This document shows, in pieces, positions 25,917 to 36,806 of a DNA stretch of 64,000 bases. Positions within the stretch are counted from its first letter, which is position 1, and every line of letters starts with the position of its first letter. This stretch comes from an uncultured Pelagibacteraceae bacterium (GTDB lineage: Bacteria > Pseudomonadota > Alphaproteobacteria > Pelagibacterales > AG-422-B15), in contig CACANZ010000001.1 of NCBI GenBank assembly GCA_902533965.1, positions 37,160 to 101,159 on the forward strand, in the 5' to 3' direction. Below the pieces are notes generated by a model, which saw only the letters and a program-made list of their open reading frames with translations, made no database searches and was not told the origin of the DNA. A program made the position numbers and the translations under genes.

Positions 25917-27300
25917 AAATTTTTTTTAACTCTTTAGCAAAATTTTGAGCCCAATCTGTAACTGTCCCAGCCCCTAAAAATAAAAAGATTATTTTTGATC
26001 TATTCTTCTTTGTTAATTCAAATAATTGATCATTTTTAACAAAATATTCAGCTTTGACTTTAGAATTTTTTGCAATGTTACTAATAAATTTATTTAAATC
26101 AAAATTTTTTGGTTTTTTCTCACCCGCTCCATAAACATCAGAAACAAATACACATTCACTATGTTTAAAACACGACGTAAATTTGCTTTTCAAATCTAAA
26201 ACCCTTGAGAATCTATGAGGCTGGAAAATAGTTATTATTCTATTTTTTTTGTCTGAATCAACCAATCCTTTTAATACATTATTTATTTCAGTCGGATGAT
26301 GGGCATAATCATCAACAACTCTTATTTTATTATTACTCCATAATTCAGTAAGTCTTCTTTGGACACCCTTAAAAGAATTTAGAGACTTCTTAATTATTTC
26401 TGGTTTTACATTTAATTGAAGACCAACTGCTATAGCAGCTAATGCATTATTTACATTATACGCTCCATGAAGTGGTAACTTAATATTTTTAATAGTTTGG
26501 TTTTGCTCTTTTACAAAAACATCAAATATTGTTAAATTGGCTTTATGTCTTAATTTAATACATTTGATATCACTTTCTCTATGAAAACCGGTTCTAATAA
26601 TTTTTGTAGTACTTATATTTGCAGCTAACTTACGTAGATCATTATCATCTATACATATAACTGCGAAACCATAAAAAGGAACTTGTGTGATAAACCTTTT
26701 GAAATAGTTTTTTAAATTTTGAAAATTTGAATAGTAATCAAGATGTTCTTTATCAATATTAGTTACCACAGAAATTGAGGCTGGAAGTTTCACAAAAGTA
26801 CCGTCAGATTCATCAGCTTCAACTACTAACCAATCACCTGATCCTAATTTAGTATTTGTTCCAAACTGATTTATTATCCCACCATTGATTACAGTGGGTT
26901 TCATTCTTGCCCCATTTAAAACAGCTGAAATTAGAGATGTCGTAGTAGTTTTCCCATGAGACCCAGATATAGCTATAGTTTTTTTTAGTTTTACAATTTG
27001 AGATAATATTTCAGCTCTTGAAATTGAAGGAATTTTAATTTTTTTGGAATATTCAAGCTCAATATTATTTTTATTTATTGCAGATGAATAAACAACTAAG
27101 CTTACATTTTTTAAATTTGATTTTTTATGTGAATTGAAAGTTTTAATTTTCTTTTTATTTAATCGAACAATATTTGCGTTGATTTTTATGTCACTTCCTT
27201 GAACTTGATATCCCATTTCTGATAAAATTTCTGCAATTCCACTCATCCCAATTCCACCAACTCCTACAATATGTATTAATTTATTTTTATTTAATTTCAT
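25909..27300 (-). CDS. murC: UDP-N-acetylmuramate--L-alanine ligase
   Basis: 463 aa, Mur ligase, with GVGGIGMSG and P-loop GSHGKTTTT. Confidence 0.93.
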   Translation of the reverse strand: MKLNKNKLIHIVGVGGIGMSGIAEILSEMGYQVQGSDIKINANIVRLNKKKIKTFNSHKKSNLKNVSLVVYSSAINKNNIELEYSKKIKIPSISRAEILSQIVKLKKTIAISGSHGKTTTTSLISAVLNGARMKPTVINGGIINQFGTNTKLGSGDWLVVEADESDGTFVKLPASISVVTNIDKEHLDYYSNFQNLKNYFKRFITQVPFYGFAVICIDDNDLRKLAANISTTKIIRTGFHRESDIKCIKLRHKANLTIFDVFVKEQNQTIKNIKLPLHGAYNVNNALAAIAVGLQLNVKPEIIKKSLNSFKGVQRRLTELWSNNKIRVVDDYAHHPTEINNVLKGLVDSDKKNRIITIFQPHRFSRVLDLKSKFTSCFKHSECVFVSDVYGAGEKKPKNFDLNKFISNIAKNSKVKAEYFVKNDQLFELTKKNRSKIIFLFLGAGTVTDWAQNFAKELKKIYE

Positions 27301-28355
27301 CGACTTGCTTCTAAATGCTTAAAAATTCTTTCAACAGGATTGTTTATATACTCTTTTTTTAAAGTTTCTTTAATAGTCTCTCTTCTTTGCGGGTTGTTGA
27401 TTATTTTATTGATCAGACTTGATAATAAGTAAGTATTCATATCTTCATCCTTAATTATTTCAGCACAATTAAGGCTTTTAAGAACTGATGCATTATAATA
27501 TTGATGGTTGTCGGCAGCATATGGATAAGGAATCAAAATTGATGGAATTCCAAAGCAAATAATTTCATTTACAGTCGATGAGCCAGCTCGTGAAATAATT
27601 AAATTTGTACTCTCTAAAATATCTGTAACATTGCTGAAGTATACATTTACATAGCACTCAATACTATTTTCTCTATAAAGTTTTTCTACTAAGTTTACAT
27701 CTTCTTTCCTACATTGATGGTAAACAATAAATTCTTTCTTACATTCATTCTTAGATTTTATGATCGAATGAGCGATATTATCTGAAAGGTTTTTTGCACC
27801 TTGGCTACCACCAAGAATACATATTTTAAGCTGATTTTTTTTATTAGTTTCTTTGTTTTCTAAGTTTTTACTACTCCTAGTTGGCAAACCAACTCTGAAT
27901 GAATTTTTATTTTGAATTAGCTTTTCACCATGCGTATCGTTGAAAGTTGTAAAGATATTACCTACATATTTAAATAATAATTTATTCGCTTTTCCAATAA
28001 ATGCATTGCCCTCATGAAGAAAAATTTTTTTTCTCATTATTAAACTAGCGAAAAGAACAGGTATTGTGAAAAATCCACCAAAACCTAAAGTGTAATCAGG
28101 TTTAATTTTAAAATTATATAACATTGATTGAATAAATAAGAACGGAGAATTTATAATATTTGCTAGTCTTGATTGAGAAGAAATAAGATTTCTAAGTATA
28201 ATTACATTATTTGAATCTATATTATCGAAAAATTTCTTGCCTCTGTTATCGGTTAAAATAAAGCATTTAAAATTTTTAGGTGCCTCCGAATAAACTACAT
28301 TTATTGGTATACAGTGGCCGCCGGTACCTCCACCTACTAAAAAAAGTTTTTTCAT
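27297..28355 (-). CDS. murG: Undecaprenyl-PP-MurNAc-pentapeptide GlcNAc transferase
   Basis: 352 aa with GGGTGGH at the N-terminus. GT28 layout in dcw position. Confidence 0.9.
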   Translation of the reverse strand: MKKLFLVGGGTGGHCIPINVVYSEAPKNFKCFILTDNRGKKFFDNIDSNNVIILRNLISSQSRLANIINSPFLFIQSMLYNFKIKPDYTLGFGGFFTIPVLFASLIMRKKIFLHEGNAFIGKANKLLFKYVGNIFTTFNDTHGEKLIQNKNSFRVGLPTRSSKNLENKETNKKNQLKICILGGSQGAKNLSDNIAHSIIKSKNECKKEFIVYHQCRKEDVNLVEKLYRENSIECYVNVYFSNVTDILESTNLIISRAGSSTVNEIICFGIPSILIPYPYAADNHQYYNASVLKSLNCAEIIKDEDMNTYLLSSLINKIINNPQRRETIKETLKKEYINNPVERIFKHLEASR

Positions 28356-28364
28356 AAAGTTAGT

Positions 28365-29477
28365 CTATTCACGAATATGTCGATTCTTTGAAAATAATAA
28401 AATTAATCCCGCTGCAATTGACATGCCAAGGACCGATGAACCTCCATAGCTGATAAACGGTAAGGTAATTCCAGTTGTTGGTATCAACCTTATATTTACC
28501 CCTATGTGGATTAAGGCCTGTAAGCATACATATAAAATAAGGGTAAATAAACAGATTTGAATAAAGTGATCATTGTTTCCGTAAATTTTTTTGAAACCTT
28601 GATATGATATTATAAAGAAGATTAATAATATAAGTGTACAACCTATGAGACCATACTCTTCTGCAACCACAGAAAAAATATAATCTGAATTAGCTTCAGG
28701 AATTTTATTTTTTAAAAGACCATTACCCGGTCCTACGCCAATAATACCTCCTTGTTTAATTGCTTGAAGAGAAATTTCAGTTTGACTTACGTCATATTCA
28801 TTTGGAAATAAAAATGAATTTATTCTATTTTGAACATTAAAATTGAGCAAATATATCATCAAAAAACTTAGAATTCCAAAAACCACAATTACAGTGAGTA
28901 TCATAATACTGAAACCACTCATAAGCACTGAACCAAAATAAATAGCTGATAATAAAAAAAATTGACTAATATCAGGTTGCAAAACAAGTATGCTTGCAAC
29001 TGAAATATAGATTAAAGCACTTAATGAGTGAGATGATATTTTTGTACCTTGGTATTGATTATTTAATATCAGAGCCATTACAACGCAAAATACTGGCTTT
29101 ACTAATTCTATTGGCATGAGAGAAAAAAATCCAAAACTTATCCATCTTCTTGAACCTTTGATTTCATCCCCAAATAATAGAGTAAGAGCTAGTAAAGCAA
29201 AAAATACTGTAAATAATATCACGCTAAATAATTTTATGTATTTTGTCTCAATCAGTGAAATAGAAATAAATACTAAAAAACCTATTGCTAGATATAAAGC
29301 CTGTATATTAAAAAATGCAAATAGATTGTTATTAAGATACCTGCTTGTACCAGGGTTTATAGTTAAACTTATTAATAGACCAAAAGTTATTAATACTGTT
29401 ATACAAAAAAAAATTGGTTTATTTATTTCAGTAATCCAGTTTGTAATTATTGACTGTTCATAAGTTCTTTTGTTCAT
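28365..29477 (-). CDS. ftsW: Peptidoglycan glycosyltransferase/lipid II flippase FtsW (SEDS)
   Basis: 370 aa, polytopic, with SEDS motifs SDYIFSVVAEEYGLIG and LPFISYGGSS. Confidence 0.9.
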   Translation of the reverse strand: MNKRTYEQSIITNWITEINKPIFFCITVLITFGLLISLTINPGTSRYLNNNLFAFFNIQALYLAIGFLVFISISLIETKYIKLFSVILFTVFFALLALTLLFGDEIKGSRRWISFGFFSLMPIELVKPVFCVVMALILNNQYQGTKISSHSLSALIYISVASILVLQPDISQFFLLSAIYFGSVLMSGFSIMILTVIVVFGILSFLMIYLLNFNVQNRINSFLFPNEYDVSQTEISLQAIKQGGIIGVGPGNGLLKNKIPEANSDYIFSVVAEEYGLIGCTLILLIFFIISYQGFKKIYGNNDHFIQICLFTLILYVCLQALIHIGVNIRLIPTTGITLPFISYGGSSVLGMSIAAGLILLFSKNRHIRE

Positions 29478-30793
29478 TGTTTGCTAAGTTTGCTTATAAG
29501 TTTATTAAAATGTCTTCCACGTTCTTCAAAGTTATTATATTGGTCAAATGAAGCGGCGCCTGGACTAAATAAAAAAGTATTGAAATCTGTATTGGTCTTC
29601 ATAAATTTACTCATTTCGACCACTGCTTTATCTAAGCTGTGAACATAAACTGTGGTAACTTTACTCTGAAAGTATTTGTGAAAAGTATTAGATTCCTCTC
29701 CAATAATTATTACTTTTTTAATATTACCAAGACTGTCATCTAATATATTGATATTATTGCTTTTTATCTGACCGCCACATATCAAGATGATATCTTTATA
29801 TTTTTTTAGCGCAGCAATTAGAGAATGATAATTTGTTGATTTGGAGTCATTTATAATAAGCTTCTTTTTGTCTGAAAAAATTATTTGCTGTCTAAACTCA
29901 AGCCCTCTAAATGATTTAAAAGCATTGAAGATTTTTTTGCTGCTTAGGCCCACTTCTTGCAAAATTTCATATGAGAAGCGGTAGTTTTGGTCATTAATCA
30001 GTAAATTATACTGATTTATATTTAATTTTTTAGTGGAGTTTTTTTTATTTTTATTAATCTGCTTTAAATTTCTCATTTTATTCAAATGATTATTCTTTTT
30101 TATTAATTTTTTTATAATTGAATCATTATTAAAAAAACCTTTTTGTGAGCTATTTATATTTTTAAAAATATTTAATTTAGCATTACCATAATTGGACATT
30201 GTATTATGTCTCGCCAAATGATCTGGAGTTAAATTAAGTATACAGGCAATATCAGGCTGAAATATTTTTGAGCTCTCTAATTGATAAGATGATAATTCTA
30301 AAACATAAAAGCCTTTTTTAATCATCTTTGTTTCGAAGATGGGGTTTCCTATATTTCCTGCAAGCTGTGTGTTGAATTTATTTTTTTTAAGAATATGATG
30401 AATAATCGATACTGTTGTTGATTTTCCATTTGTGCCTGTAACCGCAATTATTTTAATCTGGTTTCTTATATTTAAATTATCTAGGTATATTTGAAATAAA
30501 TCTAATTCACTTATCAGTTTAGTATTTTTTGAAGTTAATCTTTTTATTAGTTTATGTGCTGACTTTCCTTTTGTAGCAATTCCAGGACTTGGTATAACAT
30601 AGTCTATTTGACTTATTTTAGAAGAATACTTTTTATATCCTTTATTTAATATTTTTTTTGAATGTTTGGGATTATCTTCCCAAAAATATACTACGGCTCC
30701 ACTATTTATAAGAGATTTATGAATTGAACATCCTGTTTTTCCCATACCAATGACTACATAGCTTTTCTTTGAAAAACATTTTGACTTCAACAT
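29474..30793 (-). CDS. murD: UDP-N-acetylmuramoylalanine--D-glutamate ligase
   Basis: 439 aa, Mur ligase, with P-loop GTNGKST. Has an N/K-rich low-complexity insertion. In dcw position. Confidence 0.88.
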   Translation of the reverse strand: MLKSKCFSKKSYVVIGMGKTGCSIHKSLINSGAVVYFWEDNPKHSKKILNKGYKKYSSKISQIDYVIPSPGIATKGKSAHKLIKRLTSKNTKLISELDLFQIYLDNLNIRNQIKIIAVTGTNGKSTTVSIIHHILKKNKFNTQLAGNIGNPIFETKMIKKGFYVLELSSYQLESSKIFQPDIACILNLTPDHLARHNTMSNYGNAKLNIFKNINSSQKGFFNNDSIIKKLIKKNNHLNKMRNLKQINKNKKNSTKKLNINQYNLLINDQNYRFSYEILQEVGLSSKKIFNAFKSFRGLEFRQQIIFSDKKKLIINDSKSTNYHSLIAALKKYKDIILICGGQIKSNNINILDDSLGNIKKVIIIGEESNTFHKYFQSKVTTVYVHSLDKAVVEMSKFMKTNTDFNTFLFSPGAASFDQYNNFEERGRHFNKLISKLSKQ

Positions 30794-30797
30794 TTAG

Positions 30798-31880
30798 TTA
30801 CCTAATCTTAAGTGTTGCGAGTCCAATCAAGGCAAGAATTAAAGCGATAATCCAAAAACGAATTACTATTTTTGATTCTGCAATACCATTCTTCTCAAAA
30901 TGGTGGTGTAAGGGAGCCATTTTGAATATTCGTTTGCCTGTTAACTTATATGATCCAACCTGAAGAATTACTGAAACTGCTTCTGCGACGAATATTCCTC
31001 CAACTATTGCTAATACAATTTCTTGCTTGGTTAGAACACTTATACCCCCCAATGCAGCACCTAATGATAAAGAGCCTGTATCGCCCATAAAGACCATTGC
31101 AGGAGGCGCGTTGTACCATAAAAAGCCAAGAGCGGATCCAATTATGGCTGCGCAAAGCACAGTTAATTCACCTGCTCCTGGTAAATAATTAATGAAAAGA
31201 TAATTCGAAAAAATCATATTTCCTGCCAAATAGCAAATTACAGCAAAAGTCGCAGAGACAATCATAATGGGAACAATTGCTAGCCCATCAAGACCGTCTG
31301 TAAGATTAACAGCATTTGCTGATCCTAGAATTACCAATATAACGAATGGAATTGAAAATAAACCTAAGTTTAGGAATATATCCTTGAGAAAAGGTAAGGA
31401 TAATAACTGAATATCAATTTCATTATAAGTTGTTATCCAATAAATAAATATCAACGATATTATTATTTGAAAAAAGACTCTTATTTTCGCAGATATTCCA
31501 TTACTTGATTTTTTCTTAACTTTACTAAAATCATCTGCAAAACCAACCAATCCAAAAGATATTAGAAGGAATATAATTGGCCACGATATATAGCTTTCAG
31601 GATTGACCCATAGAATCATTGATCCAACTATAGAAATCAAAATTATAATTCCTCCCATTGTTGGAGTCCCTTTTTTAGCTACTAAGTGAGACTCAGGGCC
31701 ATCTTCTCGAATAGGCTGACCAATTGATTGGTATGATCCAATTCTTTTAATTAAAAATGGGCCAAAAAAGAGAATAAAAAAAAATGAAGTAAACAACGCC
31801 AGACCTGTTCTAACTGTTAAATAATTTAAAAAATTATTTAGGGCACCAAGATTTAAATACTCTATTAAATATAAGATCAT
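30798..31880 (-). CDS. mraY: Phospho-N-acetylmuramoyl-pentapeptide transferase
   Basis: 360 aa, polytopic, with NAVNLTDGLDGLA and HHHFE motifs. Confidence 0.95.
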   Translation of the reverse strand: MILYLIEYLNLGALNNFLNYLTVRTGLALFTSFFFILFFGPFLIKRIGSYQSIGQPIREDGPESHLVAKKGTPTMGGIIILISIVGSMILWVNPESYISWPIIFLLISFGLVGFADDFSKVKKKSSNGISAKIRVFFQIIISLIFIYWITTYNEIDIQLLSLPFLKDIFLNLGLFSIPFVILVILGSANAVNLTDGLDGLAIVPIMIVSATFAVICYLAGNMIFSNYLFINYLPGAGELTVLCAAIIGSALGFLWYNAPPAMVFMGDTGSLSLGAALGGISVLTKQEIVLAIVGGIFVAEAVSVILQVGSYKLTGKRIFKMAPLHHHFEKNGIAESKIVIRFWIIALILALIGLATLKIR

Positions 31881-31882
31881 AG

Positions 31883-33247
31883 TTAACTTATTAAATGATT
31901 TGACAACTTTCGTAAATTGATTGAATTTGAACCTTTTAGAAATACCTTGCTATTCTTATTAAATATTTTTTCTGCATTACTTATAACACTATCTATATTC
32001 TCATAATATTCAAACTGAAGTCTTTTGTATCTTTTTCTAAGTGAGTAAAATTTTGATCCAACAAAAATTACTTTTTTAGCCTTAATCAGTATTAGATATT
32101 TAATTAATTCCATATGAAATTTATTAGATTTATTTCCAAGCTCATTCATATCACCTATGACATAAACTAAATGTTTATTTTTAAACTTATTAAAAATATC
32201 GATTGTGTCTCTCATAGAAATAGGGTTAGCATTATAAGAATGGTCATGTACTTCTAATTTATTTCCCTTATATTTTGATTTTAGTATTTCGCCTCTTCCT
32301 TCTGTAAAAGGAACATTTTTGAATTGATTGATTAGTTTTAAATTTAAACCTAGCATATAAAAGCAAGTAATAATGGCTAATGCATTAAAAATAAGATTTT
32401 TTTGATTTTTTCTTAGAGTAAAATCAAGTTTACTGGCATCAGGCAGAATTACTTGGTATTTAATGATATTCGTAATATTTGTCTCTTTTTTAAGATATAC
32501 TTTTGATGATTTAACTTCTCCAATGTCTAAGCAATTACTGATCTTTGATTTTTTGAATAACATATATAGCAATTTATAAAAATTAGAATTTCTATTAATA
32601 ATTAAGTTTTCAATACTTTTTGTTGAAGTGAATATTTCTGATTTTGCTAATGCAATATCTTTTAAAGATTTAAAATTACCAAGGTGAACATTTTCAACAT
32701 TTAAAATAATAGCTGTTTGTGGCTGCAATACCTTTACTAATCTTTTTATTTCTCCTGAATGATTCATGCCTATTTCAAAAAATCCATACTTCGTATACCG
32801 TGGCATATTTAGTAATTCGAGAGGCAGGCCATATTGATTGTTAAATGATTTACGCGAACAGAAAACATCTTCCTCATTTCTAAGCAAATAATTTATTGCA
32901 TCCTTTGTCCCAGTCTTCCCAATACTACCTGTAATACCTACAATTTGTGTTTTTAGCTGCGCTCTGTACTTTGTTGCGAGCTTAAGGAGTGCTTTAGACG
33001 TATCTTTAACATTAATTTGAGGTATTTTTATGCCTCTTGCTTTTTTATGAACAAAAGCAATAGATGCACCTTTTTTTTCTGCTTCTACTAAATATTTATG
33101 ACCATCTGTATTTAAGCCTTTAATTGCAAAAAAAATATTACCTTTTCTTAATGACCGTGTGTCGATAGATGCACCAGTTATTCTTTTACAAACAATATTG
33201 GTCCCAAATAATTCGTTTATTTCAGTAGTTGTAATGAATTTTTTCAT
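31883..33247 (-). CDS. murF: UDP-MurNAc-tripeptide--D-alanyl-D-alanine ligase
   Basis: 454 aa, Mur ligase, with P-loop GSIGKTGTK. Follows murE. Confidence 0.88.
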   Translation of the reverse strand: MKKFITTTEINELFGTNIVCKRITGASIDTRSLRKGNIFFAIKGLNTDGHKYLVEAEKKGASIAFVHKKARGIKIPQINVKDTSKALLKLATKYRAQLKTQIVGITGSIGKTGTKDAINYLLRNEEDVFCSRKSFNNQYGLPLELLNMPRYTKYGFFEIGMNHSGEIKRLVKVLQPQTAIILNVENVHLGNFKSLKDIALAKSEIFTSTKSIENLIINRNSNFYKLLYMLFKKSKISNCLDIGEVKSSKVYLKKETNITNIIKYQVILPDASKLDFTLRKNQKNLIFNALAIITCFYMLGLNLKLINQFKNVPFTEGRGEILKSKYKGNKLEVHDHSYNANPISMRDTIDIFNKFKNKHLVYVIGDMNELGNKSNKFHMELIKYLILIKAKKVIFVGSKFYSLRKRYKRLQFEYYENIDSVISNAEKIFNKNSKVFLKGSNSINLRKLSNHLIS

Positions 33248-34677
33248 TTTTTTTGTAGATATTTTTCAGCAATTTTAACATCATCAAAAGGAAACTTTTT
33301 TCCCATGATGGATTGAAATTTTTCGTGACCTTTGCCAGCAATAAGAAGCAAATCGCCTCTTTTTAATTCACTAATAGCTTTTTTTATGGCTAGTTTTCTA
33401 TTGCTAATTTCAGATATATTTTTTAAATTTCCAATCACTTCCTCTCTAATTCTTGCTGGATTTTCATATCTTGGATTATCATCTGTGACTGTTGCTTTAT
33501 CAGCGTATTTTGAAGCTATTTTACCCATTAGCGGTCTTTTTTTTCTATCTCTATTTCCACCGCAACCAAATAAAACATGTACGTTTGATGTCTCTAACTT
33601 TTTTGACTCTACAATTGAATTTTTAAGAGCATCAGGCGTGTGTGCAAAATCAACATAAACTTTTCCACCTGTTTTTGTTCTTCCGACATATTCCATTCTT
33701 CCTAATACTGAAGGGCAATTAAGACTGCTTTTTGATAGCTTTCTAGGATCAAATCCAATTAAATTCAAAATTGAAATTGCAAATATAAAATTTTCTATCT
33801 GAAAATTTGGAAAATTTTTAAACTTTAAAAGAATTCGCTTACTGCCCACTATTGCTTTTACATGTTGAATATCATTTTTTTTGAAAATTTTTATAATTTT
33901 ATAATTTCTATTTGCTTGAAAATATAATGGCTTAATGGATTTATTTTTTTTTAAAATTGATCTTATTTTTTTAATGTATTTCGTTTTTGAATTAATAATT
34001 AATTTACTATCTTTATGTATATAATCTTTGAAAAGGATCATTTTACTTTTTATGTAATTATTTATAGTTTTATGATAATCAAGGTGATCATGTGATATAT
34101 TTGTTAATGCACAAACATCAAAATTCATTCCATAAAATCTGCTTTGATGTAAGCCATGACTTGATGCTTCCATAACTAAATATTTTATTTTTTTTTGACC
34201 TATCTTTTTTAATTGCTTTGAAAGATCAATCGGTTCGGGTGAAGTAAGGTTATATTTATTTCTATTTAATACAGAGTTTCCTAAAGTACCTATAGTAGCT
34301 ACACTCTTTCCTGAAATTCTAAGTAAATAACTTAAAAAATATGCAACAGATGTTTTTCCATTAGTTCCAGTTATTGCAATTTTTGTTTCAATATTATTTT
34401 TGTTTATTTCAAATGCTAATAGCGATAGTGATTTTCTAATATCTTTAGCCTTTATCACTGTAGTATTCTTGGGATATCTTTTTTTACTATGTGATGGAAT
34501 AACAATAGCTGCAGCACCCTTTTTAATTGCTTGATTTATGAACCTAGATCCATCTATATCATTTCCAGGGATTGCAAAAAAAATATTTCCTTTTTTTATC
34601 GATCTCGAGTCTGATGAGACACCATTAAATTTTATCTTCTTTGATTTAATTTCTTCTAGAAGGGAGTGATTTGGCAT
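33244..34677 (-). CDS. murE: UDP-MurNAc-L-Ala-D-Glu--2,6-diaminopimelate ligase
   Basis: 477 aa with P-loop GTNGKTS and the meso-DAP-type DNPR motif (TDDNPRYE). Confidence 0.9.
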   Translation of the reverse strand: MPNHSLLEEIKSKKIKFNGVSSDSRSIKKGNIFFAIPGNDIDGSRFINQAIKKGAAAIVIPSHSKKRYPKNTTVIKAKDIRKSLSLLAFEINKNNIETKIAITGTNGKTSVAYFLSYLLRISGKSVATIGTLGNSVLNRNKYNLTSPEPIDLSKQLKKIGQKKIKYLVMEASSHGLHQSRFYGMNFDVCALTNISHDHLDYHKTINNYIKSKMILFKDYIHKDSKLIINSKTKYIKKIRSILKKNKSIKPLYFQANRNYKIIKIFKKNDIQHVKAIVGSKRILLKFKNFPNFQIENFIFAISILNLIGFDPRKLSKSSLNCPSVLGRMEYVGRTKTGGKVYVDFAHTPDALKNSIVESKKLETSNVHVLFGCGGNRDRKKRPLMGKIASKYADKATVTDDNPRYENPARIREEVIGNLKNISEISNRKLAIKKAISELKRGDLLLIAGKGHEKFQSIMGKKFPFDDVKIAEKYLQKK

Positions 34678-34680
34678 TTA

Positions 34681-36456
34681 TCAAAGAGAGGTATTAATGA
34701 GCATGTTTTCATTAGGTATGTATCTTGCCTTTATGTCCAAAATAGGACTCACTCTATCAATAATTTGTCTTGAAACTCTTGCCGCATTCCACCCAGCATC
34801 ACTCCAGTTCCAAGTATTATATGGCTCTCCATATTCTCTATTAATCCCTTTCGGGTCGTCTAATGAGATAAGAACTACATACTTTGGCTTGTGTATGGGT
34901 AGTACCGATATAAAAGTAGTTAACTTTTCTCTTGTGTAGGATTTTTTGTCTATCTTGTGAGATGTGCCTGTCTTACCTCCAACCAAATATTTAAACTTAC
35001 CATCTTCTGTGTATGCTTTATCAGCATCCTTGTTAAAGGCTTCTTTGGCAGTCCCTTTTGCAACAACTTGGCTTAAAAGGTAACGCATAATTTCACTGGT
35101 CTCTTCTGAAAAAATTTGATTTTCATATCGTTCATCATCTCCTAATTTTGTTAGAGATGGCTTAATTAAATATCCTCCATTTACTACAGCTGATGTAGCT
35201 ACAGCCAAATGCAATGGTGATACTGAAAGGCCATAACCGTAAGAGATTGATTCTGTATTAACTGTTCTCCATGGGTCAGGAACAATTGGAATTGCTTTTT
35301 CTGGTATTCCAATATTTACTTGACGAAGTAATCCAAGTTGAGACAAATATTCTTGCTGTAATTCTTTACCAATATCTCTAATCATTTTAATCGTTCCAAT
35401 ATTTGATGACTCAACAAATATTTCTTCAACAGAACACATTTTTATCTCACAAGGCCTGTGAACATCCTCTACACGGTGCTTTCCGATATAAATGTGATTT
35501 TCAATCACATACTTTGTATTTGGCTGAAAGATTTTTTCCTCAATTCCCATAGCTGCAGTAAATATTTTCATCACTGAACCAAACTCATATACACCTAAAG
35601 AGTTTTTGTTGAATTTATCATTGTCATTCGCATTTTTAGTATTGGGATCAAAATCTGGAAGTGATGTCATGGCAAGAATTTCTCCATTATTGACATTCAT
35701 TATGAGTCCTGAGCCACCAGTTGCTTTATATAGTTTCATAGCAGCTAGTATTTCATCGCGAACAATGTGTTGTATTCTTGTATCTAAAGATAATATCAAA
35801 TCATTATTTTCTTCATTTTGAAGAAACTTATTAAAAGATTTTTCTAGTCCAGACACGCCTGTATTATCAATGTCAACTTTTCCAACTAAATGACTAAAAA
35901 GTTCACTGTGAAGATATTTTCTTTTATAAGCATCTCTGAATTCAATTCCAGTTTCACCTAAATCTATATACTTTTGTAATTCTAAGGGTTCAACATTTCG
36001 ATCAAGCCAGAAGAATTTTTTTTCAGATACCAATTTATCAAGATCAGTTGCGGAAAACCTATTATTTATTGCTGAGACTTTACTAATAAATTTTTTCTTA
36101 TCGTATACAGCTTTTGGGTTTACAGATATATGGGATGTTAATAAATTTGCTGTAAGAGAGGTACTATTCCTATCTAGAATATTTCCCCTTTTTGTCTCAA
36201 CATTCTCAACAAAATAATTTCCCTTCTCGGTGTAAAGTAAATTAATTTCTATCATCTTGATTGTTACTGCCAAAAACAAACTACTAAAAACAATCGCTGA
36301 CAATATTAAACGATTATTTATTCTAAGGGCAAAATTACTCTTTAAAGAATTTAATCTTTCAAAAGCAAACTTTTCTTTATTGTATCTGTGTGTAAATGAA
36401 AAACTTTTTTGATATATATCAATTTTCTTTCGGCCAATATTCCGCTTTTTTTTCAC
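34681..36456 (-). CDS. ftsI: Peptidoglycan D,D-transpeptidase FtsI (PBP3)
   Basis: 591 aa with an N-terminal TM, a PBP dimerisation domain, SVMK (SxxK) and KTGT (GGKTGTS). Confidence 0.9.
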   Translation of the reverse strand: MKKKRNIGRKKIDIYQKSFSFTHRYNKEKFAFERLNSLKSNFALRINNRLILSAIVFSSLFLAVTIKMIEINLLYTEKGNYFVENVETKRGNILDRNSTSLTANLLTSHISVNPKAVYDKKKFISKVSAINNRFSATDLDKLVSEKKFFWLDRNVEPLELQKYIDLGETGIEFRDAYKRKYLHSELFSHLVGKVDIDNTGVSGLEKSFNKFLQNEENNDLILSLDTRIQHIVRDEILAAMKLYKATGGSGLIMNVNNGEILAMTSLPDFDPNTKNANDNDKFNKNSLGVYEFGSVMKIFTAAMGIEEKIFQPNTKYVIENHIYIGKHRVEDVHRPCEIKMCSVEEIFVESSNIGTIKMIRDIGKELQQEYLSQLGLLRQVNIGIPEKAIPIVPDPWRTVNTESISYGYGLSVSPLHLAVATSAVVNGGYLIKPSLTKLGDDERYENQIFSEETSEIMRYLLSQVVAKGTAKEAFNKDADKAYTEDGKFKYLVGGKTGTSHKIDKKSYTREKLTTFISVLPIHKPKYVVLISLDDPKGINREYGEPYNTWNWSDAGWNAARVSRQIIDRVSPILDIKARYIPNENMLINTSL

Positions 36457-36461
36457 GGAAT

Positions 36462-36806
36462 TTACCTTGCCAAATTTTGATTAATTGTTGATGTATCATA
36501 AACTTCAATGACATCATTAAATAATTCATTATTTTCTTCAATATCTTCATCATCTAATACAACAAAATACTTTTCGTAATCATTAGTAATAATCATTTCT
36601 GAAATTTTTTTAATATTCATTGGCGAAACCAAATGGTCCCATTCAATTTTATAAAGCTCATTTATCTTTTGTTCTTCTCGAAGTGTTAATTCAAGTTCAT
36701 TAATATACTTTTGCTTCTCGGCTGAAATGTTTTTTATAACCATAATTGCAAGTAATCCAGTTAACAAAACAGCAACAGACAATATTTTAAATAAAGTACT
36801 TAACAT
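36462..36806 (-). CDS. ftsL: Cell division protein FtsL-like (single TM plus coiled coil)
   Basis: 114 aa with an N-terminal TM helix then a coiled segment. Sits between rsmH and ftsI. Overlaps the rsmH end by 7 nt. Confidence 0.7.
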   Translation of the reverse strand: MLSTLFKILSVAVLLTGLLAIMVIKNISAEKQKYINELELTLREEQKINELYKIEWDHLVSPMNIKKISEMIITNDYEKYFVVLDDEDIEENNELFNDVIEVYDTSTINQNLAR